NCBI GenBank assembly: GCA_009929315.1
Contig: SAAS01000009.1
Location: 95-64,094 of the forward strand
From: Clostridia bacterium
GTDB lineage: Bacteria; Bacillota; Clostridia; Oscillospirales; Oscillospiraceae
Direction of reading: 5' to 3'
Length of the DNA: 64,000 bases
Shown here piece by piece: positions 28,744-38,331 of this stretch. The notes under the pieces are model-generated. The model had not been told where the DNA came from, did not search any database, and worked only from the letters and a program-made list of their open reading frames with translations. The translations under genes were made by a program, and so were the position numbers. The first letter of the stretch is position 1. Every line of letters starts with the position of its first letter.

Positions 28744-29793
28744 CTAAGTTTCCGCGCTCTCTGCGTCAGACGGCTTCGATTGAGCACCCATAGCAAAGAG
28801 ATTTCCGGCGTTCGCTCCGCCTGCGCCCTGAGCCATATTAAGTCCGGCAAAGCCCATAAATGCTCCGCCTGCGCCCTCGTTTTTTGCGGCATTCTGCATT
28901 GCCATGGCCTGAGCGCCGACAAGGTGAGCTGCCGCCATGGTCGGGTCGCGGAAAGCCGCGTTGCGCTGGAGCTGCTTAATCATCTCCTCATCCTCTTCGG
29001 AGGCAGTAACGCTGCTGACACCGAGAGATACGATTGCAATACCGCGAAGCTCATGCCACTTCTTTGTCAAAACCTCGTTGAGCGCGTCGGCAAGCTCCAT
29101 CGTGTGCCCCGGCAGCGCGCTGTAACGAATGCCCATCTCGGAAATTTTGGCGAAAGCAGGCTGAAGTGCAGTGAGCAATTCGCTTTTTAGCTGGCTGTCA
29201 ATTTCCGTGCGTCTGTAAACATCCTCGACGTTGCCGCAGACATTTGTGTAAAACAGCATAGGGTCGACTACACGATAGGAATACTCCCCGTAGCAGCGAA
29301 TGGCGATGTCAACGTCAAGCCCGACGTTTTTATCGACAACGCGGAAAGGTACGGGGTTCGGTGTCCCGTATTTGTTGCCGATGAGTTCTTTTGTGTTGAA
29401 GTAATAGACGCGCTGGTCCTTCGCCGTGTCGCCGCCGAAGGTAAAACGCTTTCCGAGTGTTTTAAACGAATCGGAAATTGAACTTCCCAGATTTCCGACA
29501 AAAATGCTTGGCTCTGACGAAGTGTCGTAAACATATTCACCGGGCACTGCGCATAAATCGACAACCTTTCCCTGCTCAACGATAATCATGCACTGACCGT
29601 CGTTAACAGCGACTATTGAGCCGTTGGAAATGATGTTTTCTTCTGCTTTCGTATTTGAACTACGTTTAGAATTACGCTTCATGCCCTTCTGAACCAAAAC
29701 ATCCGGCTCAAGAGCCTCGCAGTAAAAATACTCTCTCCATTGATCGGCAAGAACGCCCGAAAGAGCGCCGACGCCTGCTTTTAAAAGACCCAT
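28744..29793 (-). CDS. SPFH/band-7 domain protein, YdjI-like (virion-core-protein-like family)
   Basis: N-terminus MGLLKAGVGALSGVLADQWREYF and an overall pattern that resembles B. subtilis YdjI from memory. Ends at TAG. Confidence 0.7.
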   Translation of the reverse strand: MGLLKAGVGALSGVLADQWREYFYCEALEPDVLVQKGMKRNSKRSSNTKAEENIISNGSIVAVNDGQCMIIVEQGKVVDLCAVPGEYVYDTSSEPSIFVGNLGSSISDSFKTLGKRFTFGGDTAKDQRVYYFNTKELIGNKYGTPNPVPFRVVDKNVGLDVDIAIRCYGEYSYRVVDPMLFYTNVCGNVEDVYRRTEIDSQLKSELLTALQPAFAKISEMGIRYSALPGHTMELADALNEVLTKKWHELRGIAIVSLGVSSVTASEEDEEMIKQLQRNAAFRDPTMAAAHLVGAQAMAMQNAAKNEGAGGAFMGFAGLNMAQGAGGANAGNLFAMGAQSKPSDAESAET

Positions 29794-29851
29794 TTATATG
29801 TCCTTTCGATTGCCGCAAACGGCAATGCCGTAAAAATCGGTTTATACAAAA

Positions 29852-30532
29852 TCAGTTACTTGAGGTTGGGATAAAAGGAATGATTTTTGAGGCAAACTCG
29901 GGCATATTGACAGTCTGGAGGAAAACTCTGCCCGGCCCGCGAAGATAGGAAAGGAAAAGCCCCTCCCCTCCGAAAAGCACGTTCTTAAAACCTTTGACCG
30001 TTTCGGCTGTGTAGGAAACGCTCGCTTCATAAGCCGCGATATTGCCTGTGTCGACTTTCAGAACTTCACCGGGGGCAAGGTCTTTTACAACGACAGAGCC
30101 GTCAATTTCAAGGAAGCATAGACCCGTTCCGGAAAGGCGCTGCATAATGAAGCCCTCACCGCCGAAGAAACCAACCTTGACCTTTTGAATCGAAGCGGAA
30201 AGCTCAACTCCGGGGGTGGCGCACAAAAAAGCGGTTTTCTGGCAGATATACTGTCTTCCGCCGCCAAGTTCCAGCGGAATTATACTGCCGGGGAAGGATG
30301 AGGCAAGGGTGATTTGTGCGCCCGGCATCTGGGAGGTGTAGGTTGCCATGAACAGTGACTCGCCTGAAAACATACGTCCCAGAGCCTTTCCGAAGCCGCC
30401 CTTCATGTTTGTATCCATTGCGATTCCGTCAGTCATCCAGGTCATCCCGCCCGATTGGGTATAAATGCTTTCTCCGGGCTGCAGGCTTATTGTTACTCCG
30501 GGTAAATTGTTACCGAATATTTCATACTGCAT
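29852..30532 (-). CDS. AIM24/TIGR00266 family protein (DUF124)
   Basis: MQYEI.G......V.L..GE.I....G.M.WM N-terminus and FGGEG repeats. Confidence 0.8.
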   Translation of the reverse strand: MQYEIFGNNLPGVTISLQPGESIYTQSGGMTWMTDGIAMDTNMKGGFGKALGRMFSGESLFMATYTSQMPGAQITLASSFPGSIIPLELGGGRQYICQKTAFLCATPGVELSASIQKVKVGFFGGEGFIMQRLSGTGLCFLEIDGSVVVKDLAPGEVLKVDTGNIAAYEASVSYTAETVKGFKNVLFGGEGLFLSYLRGPGRVFLQTVNMPEFASKIIPFIPTSSN

Positions 30533-30781
30533 AGAAAGTCCTCCTGTAAATATTATTGTGTTTCTCGGCTATTAAATGCAGGGGGTGGTTTATAAAACCT
30601 TAAAATATATAATAGCAAAATTTTGTCTTACTGTCATTCATAATTTAACAAAATCTTGTATTTTTTTTGGATCGAAATCAGTCGCAAGCTCAGAAGTTTG
30701 CGTTATCGCCCGCAATTTGAAAATTATGTGGAAACGGAAGCCGAAAAATGCTATAATCCAAAAATGACGGGAGCTGACAAA

Positions 30782-31291
30782 ATGAAAAACATAACACTTA
30801 TCGGAATGCCTGCAAGCGGGAAAAGTACAGTCGGCGTTATTCTGGCAAAGCTCATCGGCTACAATTTTCTGGATACGGATATACTTCTGGCGCTTAAGCA
30901 AGGCCGACCCCTTTCAGAGATAATTACGCAGGACGGGTACGATAAATTCATAGAATTTGAAGGTCTGGTCGGCAAAAGCATTAAAACAGATAAAACTGTT
31001 ATAGCTACGGGCGGCAGCATGGTTTTTTCCGAAAACGCGATGAAAGCCTTATCGAAGGACGGAACCCTTGTTTGGCTTGATGTGCCCGTTTCCGAGCTTG
31101 AAAAACGTCTTGTCGGAACGCTCTTAGAAAGGGGCGTTGCAACTCCAAAAGCAATGACTCTCGCTGAGGTCTACGAAATGCGAGAGCCGCTTTACAGAAA
31201 GTACGCTGATTTTCGCCTCCCCTGCGAAGGTTCAACGGAGCTTACTGCCCGAGCCCTTCGGGATTTGCTGCAGCGCGAGAAGCTGATATAA
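30782..31291 (+). CDS. aroK: shikimate kinase
   Basis: ITLIGMPASGKSTVG Walker A and FLDTD. Start chosen at the ATG at 30782. Alternative ATG at 30764. ORF-track start at 30656. Confidence 0.85.
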   Translation: MKNITLIGMPASGKSTVGVILAKLIGYNFLDTDILLALKQGRPLSEIITQDGYDKFIEFEGLVGKSIKTDKTVIATGGSMVFSENAMKALSKDGTLVWLDVPVSELEKRLVGTLLERGVATPKAMTLAEVYEMREPLYRKYADFRLPCEGSTELTARALRDLLQREKLI

Positions 31292-31350
31292 AAAATCGTT
31301 TCAGACTCAATTGTCCGAAACGATTTTTTTGATTTTATGTGTTTGCGTAA

Positions 31351-33072
31351 TCACTCGAAAGTCCTGTTTAGCGGAAGACATACAGTGAAGGCCGTCCCCT
31401 TCTCCGCAGTGCTCTCCAAAGCGACAGTGCCGCCGAGCGTATCAACAACATGCTTTACTATGGAAAGTCCCAGTCCCGTTCCGCCGACAGCTTTGCTGCG
31501 CCCGCTGTCAACCCTGTAAAAGCGCTCAAATACGCGTCTTTGGTGCTCGGGAGGAATGGGCTCGCCGTCATTTCTGACCTTCAATACTGCCTGTCCGTCT
31601 TTCGAGGAAAGCCAAACGTCAACCGCGCCGCCGAATTTGTTGTACTTTACGGCGTTAACGATGAGATTTGAAACAAGCTCGCGAATGTCTTTTTTGTTGG
31701 CAAAAATATGCACCGGTTCGAGCTGGACGTTTATCTTTAAGCTCTCCTGCTCCGCCAAAGGCGTAAGTTCATTTATACTCTCAGTCAAAATCGTGGATAT
31801 GTCAATATCCTCGCCCTCGCCCGAAAGCTCTCCGCTTTCCATTCGGCTAATCATGATAATGTCGTTTATGAGCATATTCATTCGTTCAGACTCCATGCCG
31901 ATTCGGGTAAGAAGCTCAAGACGCTGAGTATCGGAAATCGGTAAATCTGAGCAGAGAAGTTCCGCGCTGCCCTTTATGGAGGTTATGGGCGTTTTTAGCT
32001 CGTGACTTGCGTTGGAGAAAAATTCTCTTCTGACTTTAACCGCGTTTCGGGCTTCGGTGACGTCCGACATTGTTATAATCAGCGCCGCAGAAAAGCCGCT
32101 TTCCTCACCTACGTATGTGAACACGGATTCAATAATTCTTCTGTTAAGTTCAAGGTCAAAGCTGAGCTTTTTCTTGTCGCGGATAGACTTGCCGGCGTTC
32201 TGGACAAATTCGTAATTCCTTGTGGCATACAGAATATTTTCGCCTATCGAGGCTTTGCTGCAGTTGAGGTAGACGCAGGCCGCATTATTTATCATTAGAA
32301 CATTCTGCTTTTCATCCAGCAGTAAAAAGCCTTCGCTGACATTGTCGAGAATATAGTTGAGTTTATCTTTTTCGAGCTGAATTGTTCCGATATAACCCGA
32401 AAGATGTGAGGAAAGGGAGTTGATTTTTATTGCTATGTCCTCAAGCTCGGCGTAACGGTAATCCTTGGGGTTGAGCTGCTTGCCCCCGTCCTTAACGCTG
32501 ATAAGGCTCTCGTTCATCTCAGAAATAGGAGTTATAAAGCCGCTGGAGAACTTATTTGTAAGGTAAGACGCGAGCAAAAGTGCAACAAAAATGACGAGTA
32601 TCATCGCAGGAATGATTGATTTAATACTGTCCAGAACTCCCGATACCTCTTTAGTGGCTCTGATATAATAACCCTCGGGAGTCTTTACCGCGGAATAGAC
32701 TAACTTTTTTCCAATGGTTTCACTGTTTCTTACACTCGAGCCCGAGCCTGAAACAGAAGCCTGAATAATTTCAGGCCTGTCGAGATGATTCTCCATTGTC
32801 CTGTAATCCGCCTCCGAGTCGCCCAAAATGGAGCCGTCACCCGCGATTACGGTTACTCTGACGTTTCCGATAGCGCTTGCAAAAGCCTTGGCCTGTGAGT
32901 CGGCATCCCCTTGAAAATTAAACTCCTCGGCGATTACAGATGCGTAGGAGAGCATTTCCTGCTTGGTATCATCAATAAGCTCTCTGTCAAACACAAAGGC
33001 GTTAAGCGCGCCGGATATAACAAGCGTGAGCGTAAGTATGAGGACAAAACCCAGCATCAGAGTTTTTTTCAT
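31351..33072 (-). CDS. phoR: sensor histidine kinase, PhoR-like
   Basis: Two TM segments, H-box FFSNASHELKTP, N/G boxes, and genomic context next to phoU-pst. Confidence 0.85.
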   Translation of the reverse strand: MKKTLMLGFVLILTLTLVISGALNAFVFDRELIDDTKQEMLSYASVIAEEFNFQGDADSQAKAFASAIGNVRVTVIAGDGSILGDSEADYRTMENHLDRPEIIQASVSGSGSSVRNSETIGKKLVYSAVKTPEGYYIRATKEVSGVLDSIKSIIPAMILVIFVALLLASYLTNKFSSGFITPISEMNESLISVKDGGKQLNPKDYRYAELEDIAIKINSLSSHLSGYIGTIQLEKDKLNYILDNVSEGFLLLDEKQNVLMINNAACVYLNCSKASIGENILYATRNYEFVQNAGKSIRDKKKLSFDLELNRRIIESVFTYVGEESGFSAALIITMSDVTEARNAVKVRREFFSNASHELKTPITSIKGSAELLCSDLPISDTQRLELLTRIGMESERMNMLINDIIMISRMESGELSGEGEDIDISTILTESINELTPLAEQESLKINVQLEPVHIFANKKDIRELVSNLIVNAVKYNKFGGAVDVWLSSKDGQAVLKVRNDGEPIPPEHQRRVFERFYRVDSGRSKAVGGTGLGLSIVKHVVDTLGGTVALESTAEKGTAFTVCLPLNRTFE

Positions 33073-33776
33073 TTGGTACCTCCGATGAAGCGATACCCCA
33101 CTCCCCTGACGGTCTTGATATAGCTGCTGTTCTCCGCCGTGTCGTTTAGTTTTTGCCGAAGTGTGCCGATGTGAATATCAAGCGTTCTGGTTTCACCGTA
33201 ATAATCGTCGCCCCAAATTCGGCTTATAAGCTCTTCGCGCGAAACTGCTCTGAAGCTGTTTTCCATGAGATATTTCAAAAGTTCAAACTCCTTGAAGGTG
33301 AGCGGAACGGAAACGCCAAATCTTGTAACCTCACGGATGTTGTTGTTAAGGCAAACCCCTCCGAGCTCAAGAATATTATCAGAGCTCGGAGATACATCGC
33401 TTGCGCCGCTGCGGCGAAGCTGTGCACGAACTCTGGCACAAAGCTCAAGTACGCTGAAGGGTTTGGTCATATAGTCGTCGGCTCCGGAATCAAGCCCGAT
33501 AATTTTGTCAAGCTCAGTATCCTTTGCGGTCAGCATGATAATGGGTATTTCCCGCAGTTCTTTAGAGCCTCTCATGAAGCGAGCCGCTTCAATTCCGCTC
33601 ATGCCGTCCATCATAATATCCATAATAACAACTCGCGGGGCTTCGATGCTCATGTTCTCAAGAGCAGATTTTGCATTGTCAAAGCCTAGGGTTTTATAGC
33701 CGTTGCTGGAAAGCGCGACCTCAAGCAGCATTCTTATGCTCTCATCGTCCTCAACAATTAAAATCCTCTCGTTCAT
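33069..33776 (-). CDS. phoP: OmpR-family response regulator, PhoP/PhoB-like
   Basis: Receiver domain (ILIVEDD...DIMMDGMSG) plus a winged-helix C-terminus (VRGVGYRF). 4-nt overlap with the kinase gene. Confidence 0.9.
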   Translation of the reverse strand: MNERILIVEDDESIRMLLEVALSSNGYKTLGFDNAKSALENMSIEAPRVVIMDIMMDGMSGIEAARFMRGSKELREIPIIMLTAKDTELDKIIGLDSGADDYMTKPFSVLELCARVRAQLRRSGASDVSPSSDNILELGGVCLNNNIREVTRFGVSVPLTFKEFELLKYLMENSFRAVSREELISRIWGDDYYGETRTLDIHIGTLRQKLNDTAENSSYIKTVRGVGYRFIGGTK

Positions 33777-33803
33777 TTAAAACACCTCCAAGCTGTTGTG
33801 ATT

Positions 33804-34475
33804 TTAGATGATTCGCTCGTTGTAATGTATTCCTGTGACGTAAAACTGCACCCACTCGCAAATATTCACCGCGTGGTCACCGACACGCTCAAGGTATTTG
33901 ATTATCATCAGATAGTCTATGACCGTGTCCATATCCATTTTATCTTTGTAGATGTTTGAACCCAGCTCTCCGCGGATTTTCAGGAAGTAATCGTCCACCA
34001 CATCGTCCTTGTCGATTGTCTTGAGAGCAAGCTCCAGATCGCCCTTGACATAGGCGTCGATAGCGTCAGCAACCATTTCTTTGGCGGCAACAGCCATGCT
34101 GAGAACTTTGTCCTGAAGTTCGGGAAAATTAAAACTGTCGTGATAAAGGCTTATCTGCGCGATGTCGGAAGCGGCATCGCCGATTCTTTCTATGTCGGTA
34201 ATCATCTTAATGGCTGTACTAATTTTTCTCAAGTCGCCTGCAACGGGCTGCTGCTTTAAAATGAGCTTCAAGCACATTGTTTCAATGTCGCGTTCCATTG
34301 CGTTGATATAAGCATCATCTTCTATTATCTCTTTTGAAAGCGCTTTGTCAAATGTTTTAAGAGCCTGCATGGCACGGGTCACGGCGTCGATGGCCGCTGT
34401 TCCCATTCTTATAAGTGCGGAAGACAAGTCTTTAAGCTCGTCGTCATATAGTTTTCTGGGCGGCATAATATCCAC
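33804..34475 (-). CDS. phoU: phosphate signalling complex protein PhoU
   Basis: Two PhoU repeats with the E(R/I)(I/V)GD motif (DIERIGDAA and LERVGDHAVN). Confidence 0.9.
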   Translation of the reverse strand: MDIMPPRKLYDDELKDLSSALIRMGTAAIDAVTRAMQALKTFDKALSKEIIEDDAYINAMERDIETMCLKLILKQQPVAGDLRKISTAIKMITDIERIGDAASDIAQISLYHDSFNFPELQDKVLSMAVAAKEMVADAIDAYVKGDLELALKTIDKDDVVDDYFLKIRGELGSNIYKDKMDMDTVIDYLMIIKYLERVGDHAVNICEWVQFYVTGIHYNERII

Positions 34476-34486
34476 TTTCCTTTCTT

Positions 34487-35248
34487 TTAACCGAAACGAC
34501 CGGTGATGTAGTCCTCTGTGCGCTTGTCCTTGGGGATTGCAAAGATGTCATCGGTGTTGCCCATTTCAACGAGCTCACCGACTAGGAAAAATGCGGTTTT
34601 GTCTGAAATTCGCGCCGCCTGCTGCATGTTGTGAGTGACGATTACAACGGTATAGCTGCGTCTGAGATCGTCCATAAGCTCCTCTATTCGCATTGTACTG
34701 GCGGGGTCAAGGGCACTCGTCGGCTCGTCCATGAGGAGTATTTCCGGCTCAACGCTCAGCGCGCGGGCGATGCAAAGCCTTTGCTGCTGTCCGCCGGAAA
34801 GTCCCAGAGCGCTTTTTTTAAGTCTGTCCTTAACCTCGTCCCAGAGCGCCGCACCACGGAGTGACTTTTCTACAGTCTCCTCCAAAACCGCCTTGCTGCG
34901 CTCGCCGTGGAGGCGCGGACCGTAAGCAATGTTGTCGTATATACTCATGGGGAAAGGGTTTGGCGCCTGAAAGACCATTCCGATTTGCTTGCGAAGAAGA
35001 TTTACGTTCGTGTCCTTCGCGTAAATGTCGGTATCGCGGTATCTGACATCCCCAGTTATGAGCACGTCGGGGACAAGGTCGTTCATTCGGTTGAGGGTTT
35101 TAAGAAAAGTACTTTTTCCGCAGCCCGATGGTCCGATTAACGCCGTTATCTGCTTTTCTTCTATGTCCATATCAATACCCTTGAGTGCATGAAAAGCTCC
35201 GTAGTACAGCTCAAGGTTTCTTGACGAAATAATATTCAAATCTATCAC
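34487..35248 (-). CDS. pstB: phosphate ABC transporter ATP-binding protein PstB
   Basis: [22 protein letters not shown], and the PstB-typical N-terminus. Confidence 0.95.
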   Translation of the reverse strand: MIDLNIISSRNLELYYGAFHALKGIDMDIEEKQITALIGPSGCGKSTFLKTLNRMNDLVPDVLITGDVRYRDTDIYAKDTNVNLLRKQIGMVFQAPNPFPMSIYDNIAYGPRLHGERSKAVLEETVEKSLRGAALWDEVKDRLKKSALGLSGGQQQRLCIARALSVEPEILLMDEPTSALDPASTMRIEELMDDLRRSYTVVIVTHNMQQAARISDKTAFFLVGELVEMGNTDDIFAIPKDKRTEDYITGRFG

Positions 35249-36129
35249 CCGACCTTTTTCAATCTTTTTTTGGCGGCCTTTGTTGCAAAGTTCAGCATCA
35301 GCACTAAAATCATTAGGATAGACGCAATTGCAAAACCGACCTCAAATTCGCCATTTTCCATGACGTAAACGTAAAGCATAACGCTGAGAGTTCCGCCGCT
35401 TGTTCCGAGCGCCCTTAGGTAATTCGTCACAAGCACATAACCTGCGCCGGCTGTGAAAAGAAGTGCTGCCGACTCGCCCACAATTCGCCCGATAGCAAGA
35501 ATCGCTCCGCTTACTATGCCGTCTATCGTGCAGGGCAAAACAATTGTTCGGATTGTATACCACTTAGTTGCGCCGAGTGCCGCCGCACCGTCACGGTAGG
35601 ACTGGGGTGTGGTTTTAAGCGATTCCTGCGTGGTTCTGATTATGCTCGGTAAAATCATTATTACCAAAGTTAAGGAGCCTGCCAGTATGCTGGATTTTAG
35701 CCCGAGCTTCTGGCAGAAAAACAGCATCCCGACAAGTCCGTATATAATGGAGGGGATAGCGGTCAGCGTTTCTGTTGAGAACTCTATGAAACGGACGAGT
35801 CCCCTTTTTGTTGCGTACTCGTTTAAGTAAATTGCCGAGCCGATACCGATGGGCAGGGCTATGACAAGTGCCGTAATTATTGTGTAAAGCGTAAATATGA
35901 TGTTCGGCAGTATGCCGATTTTATCCTCAAGAACCTTGCGCGCCGTGGAGAGGAACTCCCAGCTTACGTGGGGAAGACCCTTGACGAAAATATAGCCGAT
36001 AAGACAGACCAAAAGAAGAATTGTTATTATCGCCGAAAGGTATATTAAAACTTTAATTATCGTATCATTGATTCGCCGTTTTGCGGAAATTTTTTGATTA
36101 AGCGTAGGGAGCGCATTACTAGTTTGCAT
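35245..36129 (-). CDS. pstA: phosphate ABC transporter permease PstA
   Basis: 6-TM permease with the EAA-like loop (ESL...P......AAALGATKW). Confidence 0.9.
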   Translation of the reverse strand: MQTSNALPTLNQKISAKRRINDTIIKVLIYLSAIITILLLVCLIGYIFVKGLPHVSWEFLSTARKVLEDKIGILPNIIFTLYTIITALVIALPIGIGSAIYLNEYATKRGLVRFIEFSTETLTAIPSIIYGLVGMLFFCQKLGLKSSILAGSLTLVIMILPSIIRTTQESLKTTPQSYRDGAAALGATKWYTIRTIVLPCTIDGIVSGAILAIGRIVGESAALLFTAGAGYVLVTNYLRALGTSGGTLSVMLYVYVMENGEFEVGFAIASILMILVLMLNFATKAAKKRLKKVG

Positions 36130-36991
36130 TTTTGCTTCCTCCCTTCAGCAGAGTGTTAAGCACAACATTTATTATCATAATGAAAACGAATAGCACAAGT
36201 CCAATCGAAAACAGAGCCTGCTTTTGAAGACCCGAGGCGTAAGACATTTCCGAGGAAATCGCCGTTGTCAAAAGCCGTACGCTGCCGAAAAGTTTCGGCA
36301 TATTTGCTACGTTTCCGGCGACCATCATAACCGCCATTGCCTCCCCTATCGCCCTGCCTATTCCGAGAACGATGCCGGCTGTGATTCCGCTTTTTGCGGA
36401 AGGAATGCTCACCTTGAAAATTGTTTCGATTTTTGTGGCGCCGAGGGCAAGGCTTGCCTCCTCATATTTCTTCGGAACGGCGTTGAGGGCGTTTTCACTC
36501 ACGCTTACTATGCTCGGAAGTATCATTATAGCAAGTACCACAATCGCCGCAAATAGAGTTGAGCCGCTTTTAACTCCGAATACATCCATAATAAGCGGTA
36601 CGAGAACAATCATGCCGACAAGACCGTAAACGACGGAAGGTATTCCGGCGAGAAGTTCAACAGCCGGGCGAACAGCAGAAGCGAGCTTGGGGCTTGCGAT
36701 TTTTGACAGGAACACGGACATTAAAAGCCCAATTGGGACGCCGATAAGTATTGCCCCGAAGGTTGCGCATATTGACGATAAAATAAAGGGCAAAATACCG
36801 AACAGGGGCTCTGAAGCCGTGCTTTTCCAGACCTGACCGAAAAGGAAGTCAATTAGACCGATTTCCTTGATCGCGGGCAGACCGCTAATTATCATATAGG
36901 CAGAAATTCCGACAACCGCGATAATGGATATCATTCCGCAGACGACGAAAACAGCATTCATGACTTTTTCTGTTAGGTTTCTTGCTTTCAT
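36119..36991 (-). CDS. pstC: phosphate ABC transporter permease PstC
   Basis: Permease with the EASLALGATK loop and its position in the pst operon. Confidence 0.9.
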   Translation of the reverse strand: MKARNLTEKVMNAVFVVCGMISIIAVVGISAYMIISGLPAIKEIGLIDFLFGQVWKSTASEPLFGILPFILSSICATFGAILIGVPIGLLMSVFLSKIASPKLASAVRPAVELLAGIPSVVYGLVGMIVLVPLIMDVFGVKSGSTLFAAIVVLAIMILPSIVSVSENALNAVPKKYEEASLALGATKIETIFKVSIPSAKSGITAGIVLGIGRAIGEAMAVMMVAGNVANMPKLFGSVRLLTTAISSEMSYASGLQKQALFSIGLVLFVFIMIINVVLNTLLKGGSKNAN

Positions 36992-37078
36992 TTGGACCTC
37001 CGCTAATAATAAGCTTAATCGGCATAATTGTCTGTAAGGGGACTTCTTTAGTGAAGTCCCCTTTTTGCTGTGTCTTAA

Positions 37079-37939
37079 CTATTTTGCCTGAATTGCTCCG
37101 GCCTTTTCAATGATTGCGCCGGCTTCGTCACTCAGTGCGAATTCCATGAAAGCCTTGGCTGTTGCTGAGAGCTCCACGCCCTGCTTTGTAATCATGTTGA
37201 AATTTCTCTGAATCGCGTAAGTTCCGTCAAGTACCGTTGCTTCTGTGCATGCAACTCCGCCGACCTTGACTGCGCTTACTGTATCGCCTACCGCTGAGAG
37301 AGAAGCATAGCCGATAGCGTTTTCATTTGCCGCGACCGCTGCGATAACTGCGCCGGTGGAGGTAAGTTCCTGCTCATACTTGCAGTTGTCGGCTACCTTA
37401 ACGATGCTTTCAAAGCCATCGCGTGTACCGCTGCCCGCTTCGCGTCCGATGAACACTACCGGAGCATCGGCTCCGCCGACTTCCTTCCAGTTGGTGATTT
37501 CGCCTGTTGCGAGCTTTCCAATCTGCTCAAGAGTGAGGTCGGCGACTGTGTTTGATTTGTTAACGATAATCGCGATTCCGTCGATTGCAACAACAACCGC
37601 GTCAAGTCCGGTTTCTTCTGTCTTGAGGTTGCGGCTGGCAAGTCCGATATCAGCGGTGCCTTCGGTTGCCGCGGTTATTCCTGCGCCTGAACCCGTTGCA
37701 TCGTAAGTAACTACAACATCGGGATATTTTGCCATAAATGCTTCGCTGAGAGCAGCGATTACTTTTTCCATCGAGGTTGAGCCGTTTGTCGAGACTGTTC
37801 CGGAAAGAGCTTCTGCTGTGGGCTGGGTGGAGGCATCATCCGCCGCTGAGGGGGAAACTTCGGTTGTCGTAGAGCCGCAGCCTGCAAAAAGCGCGGCGCA
37901 CATTATAACTGCAAGTGTAATTGAAAGAATCTTTTTCAT
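37079..37939 (-). CDS. pstS: phosphate-binding lipoprotein PstS
   Basis: Lipobox LFAGC after MKKILSITLAVIMCAA, and GSGTG/SGT phosphate-binding motifs. Start at the ATG at 37939 behind GGAGA. The ORF-track start at 38095 is a TTG with an implausible leader peptide. Confidence 0.9.
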   Translation of the reverse strand: MKKILSITLAVIMCAALFAGCGSTTTEVSPSAADDASTQPTAEALSGTVSTNGSTSMEKVIAALSEAFMAKYPDVVVTYDATGSGAGITAATEGTADIGLASRNLKTEETGLDAVVVAIDGIAIIVNKSNTVADLTLEQIGKLATGEITNWKEVGGADAPVVFIGREAGSGTRDGFESIVKVADNCKYEQELTSTGAVIAAVAANENAIGYASLSAVGDTVSAVKVGGVACTEATVLDGTYAIQRNFNMITKQGVELSATAKAFMEFALSDEAGAIIEKAGAIQAK

Positions 37940-38034
37940 GAATTTTCTCCTTAAATACATATTTCTTACGTTTCTGTTATTAACGGTACTGTAATCATAA
38001 TAATTTAGAGCACTATGTACCACTACCATGTTTG

Positions 38035-38070
38035 TTTCAAAAGTTCGTAAAGAAAATGTAAAGTTGTAAA
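38035..38070 (-). promoter_or_regulatory. candidate Pho box (PhoP binding repeats) upstream of pstS
   Basis: The minus strand reads TTTACA-ac-TTTACA-ttttc-TTTACG-aactt-TTGAAA. The last three hexamers are spaced 11 bp apart, as in Bacillus TT(A/T)ACA Pho boxes, about 100-130 nt upstream of the pstS start. Confidence 0.5.
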
Positions 38071-38331
38071 GCTCAAAGAAGAAGTGCTTAATCAAAAACG
38101 CTTATGTTAAGATGCACAATATATAACCAAATAATTATATAATATGATTAACCGTTACTCATGTTATAATATCGTTATTATTTTCGGAGCGCGCAGAAAA
38201 ATAAAAAATGAGCTTTTACGACATTTTATATAGCCTGCGAAGCTTAATTGTGTTAAAATAAAACATGTTTTTATCAGCTGAGTATATTTTAGAAATATAC
38301 ATTTGATTATCTAAAGACATCGGAGGTTGAC

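Noticed and set aside
28744-28746. TAG in the SPFH gene decoded as pyrrolysine or a reassigned sense codon
   Set aside because: The essential, highly expressed ppdK gene in this window terminates with TAG (4732-4734) at the expected C-terminus. TAG is therefore an ordinary stop here, and no pyl genes are visible. Readthrough cannot be excluded, but general recoding is unlikely.
28477-29190. 237-aa plus-strand ORF overlapping the SPFH gene and the zinc-ribbon tail
   Set aside because: It is antisense to a frame with clear SPFH and zinc-ribbon signatures. It has a TTG start without an SD and an Ala/Arg/Leu-rich shadow-ORF composition.
37940-38095. N-terminal extensions in the ORF track (pstS 38095, cytidylate-kinase-like 26204, dehydrogenase 54375, ABC ATPase 44510, aroK 30656, LysR-2 39292 and others)
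   Set aside because: Each internal start is preceded by a good Shine-Dalgarno sequence and yields a canonical N-terminus (lipobox, P-loop, HTH). The extensions lack an SD and would overlap neighbouring genes or terminators.
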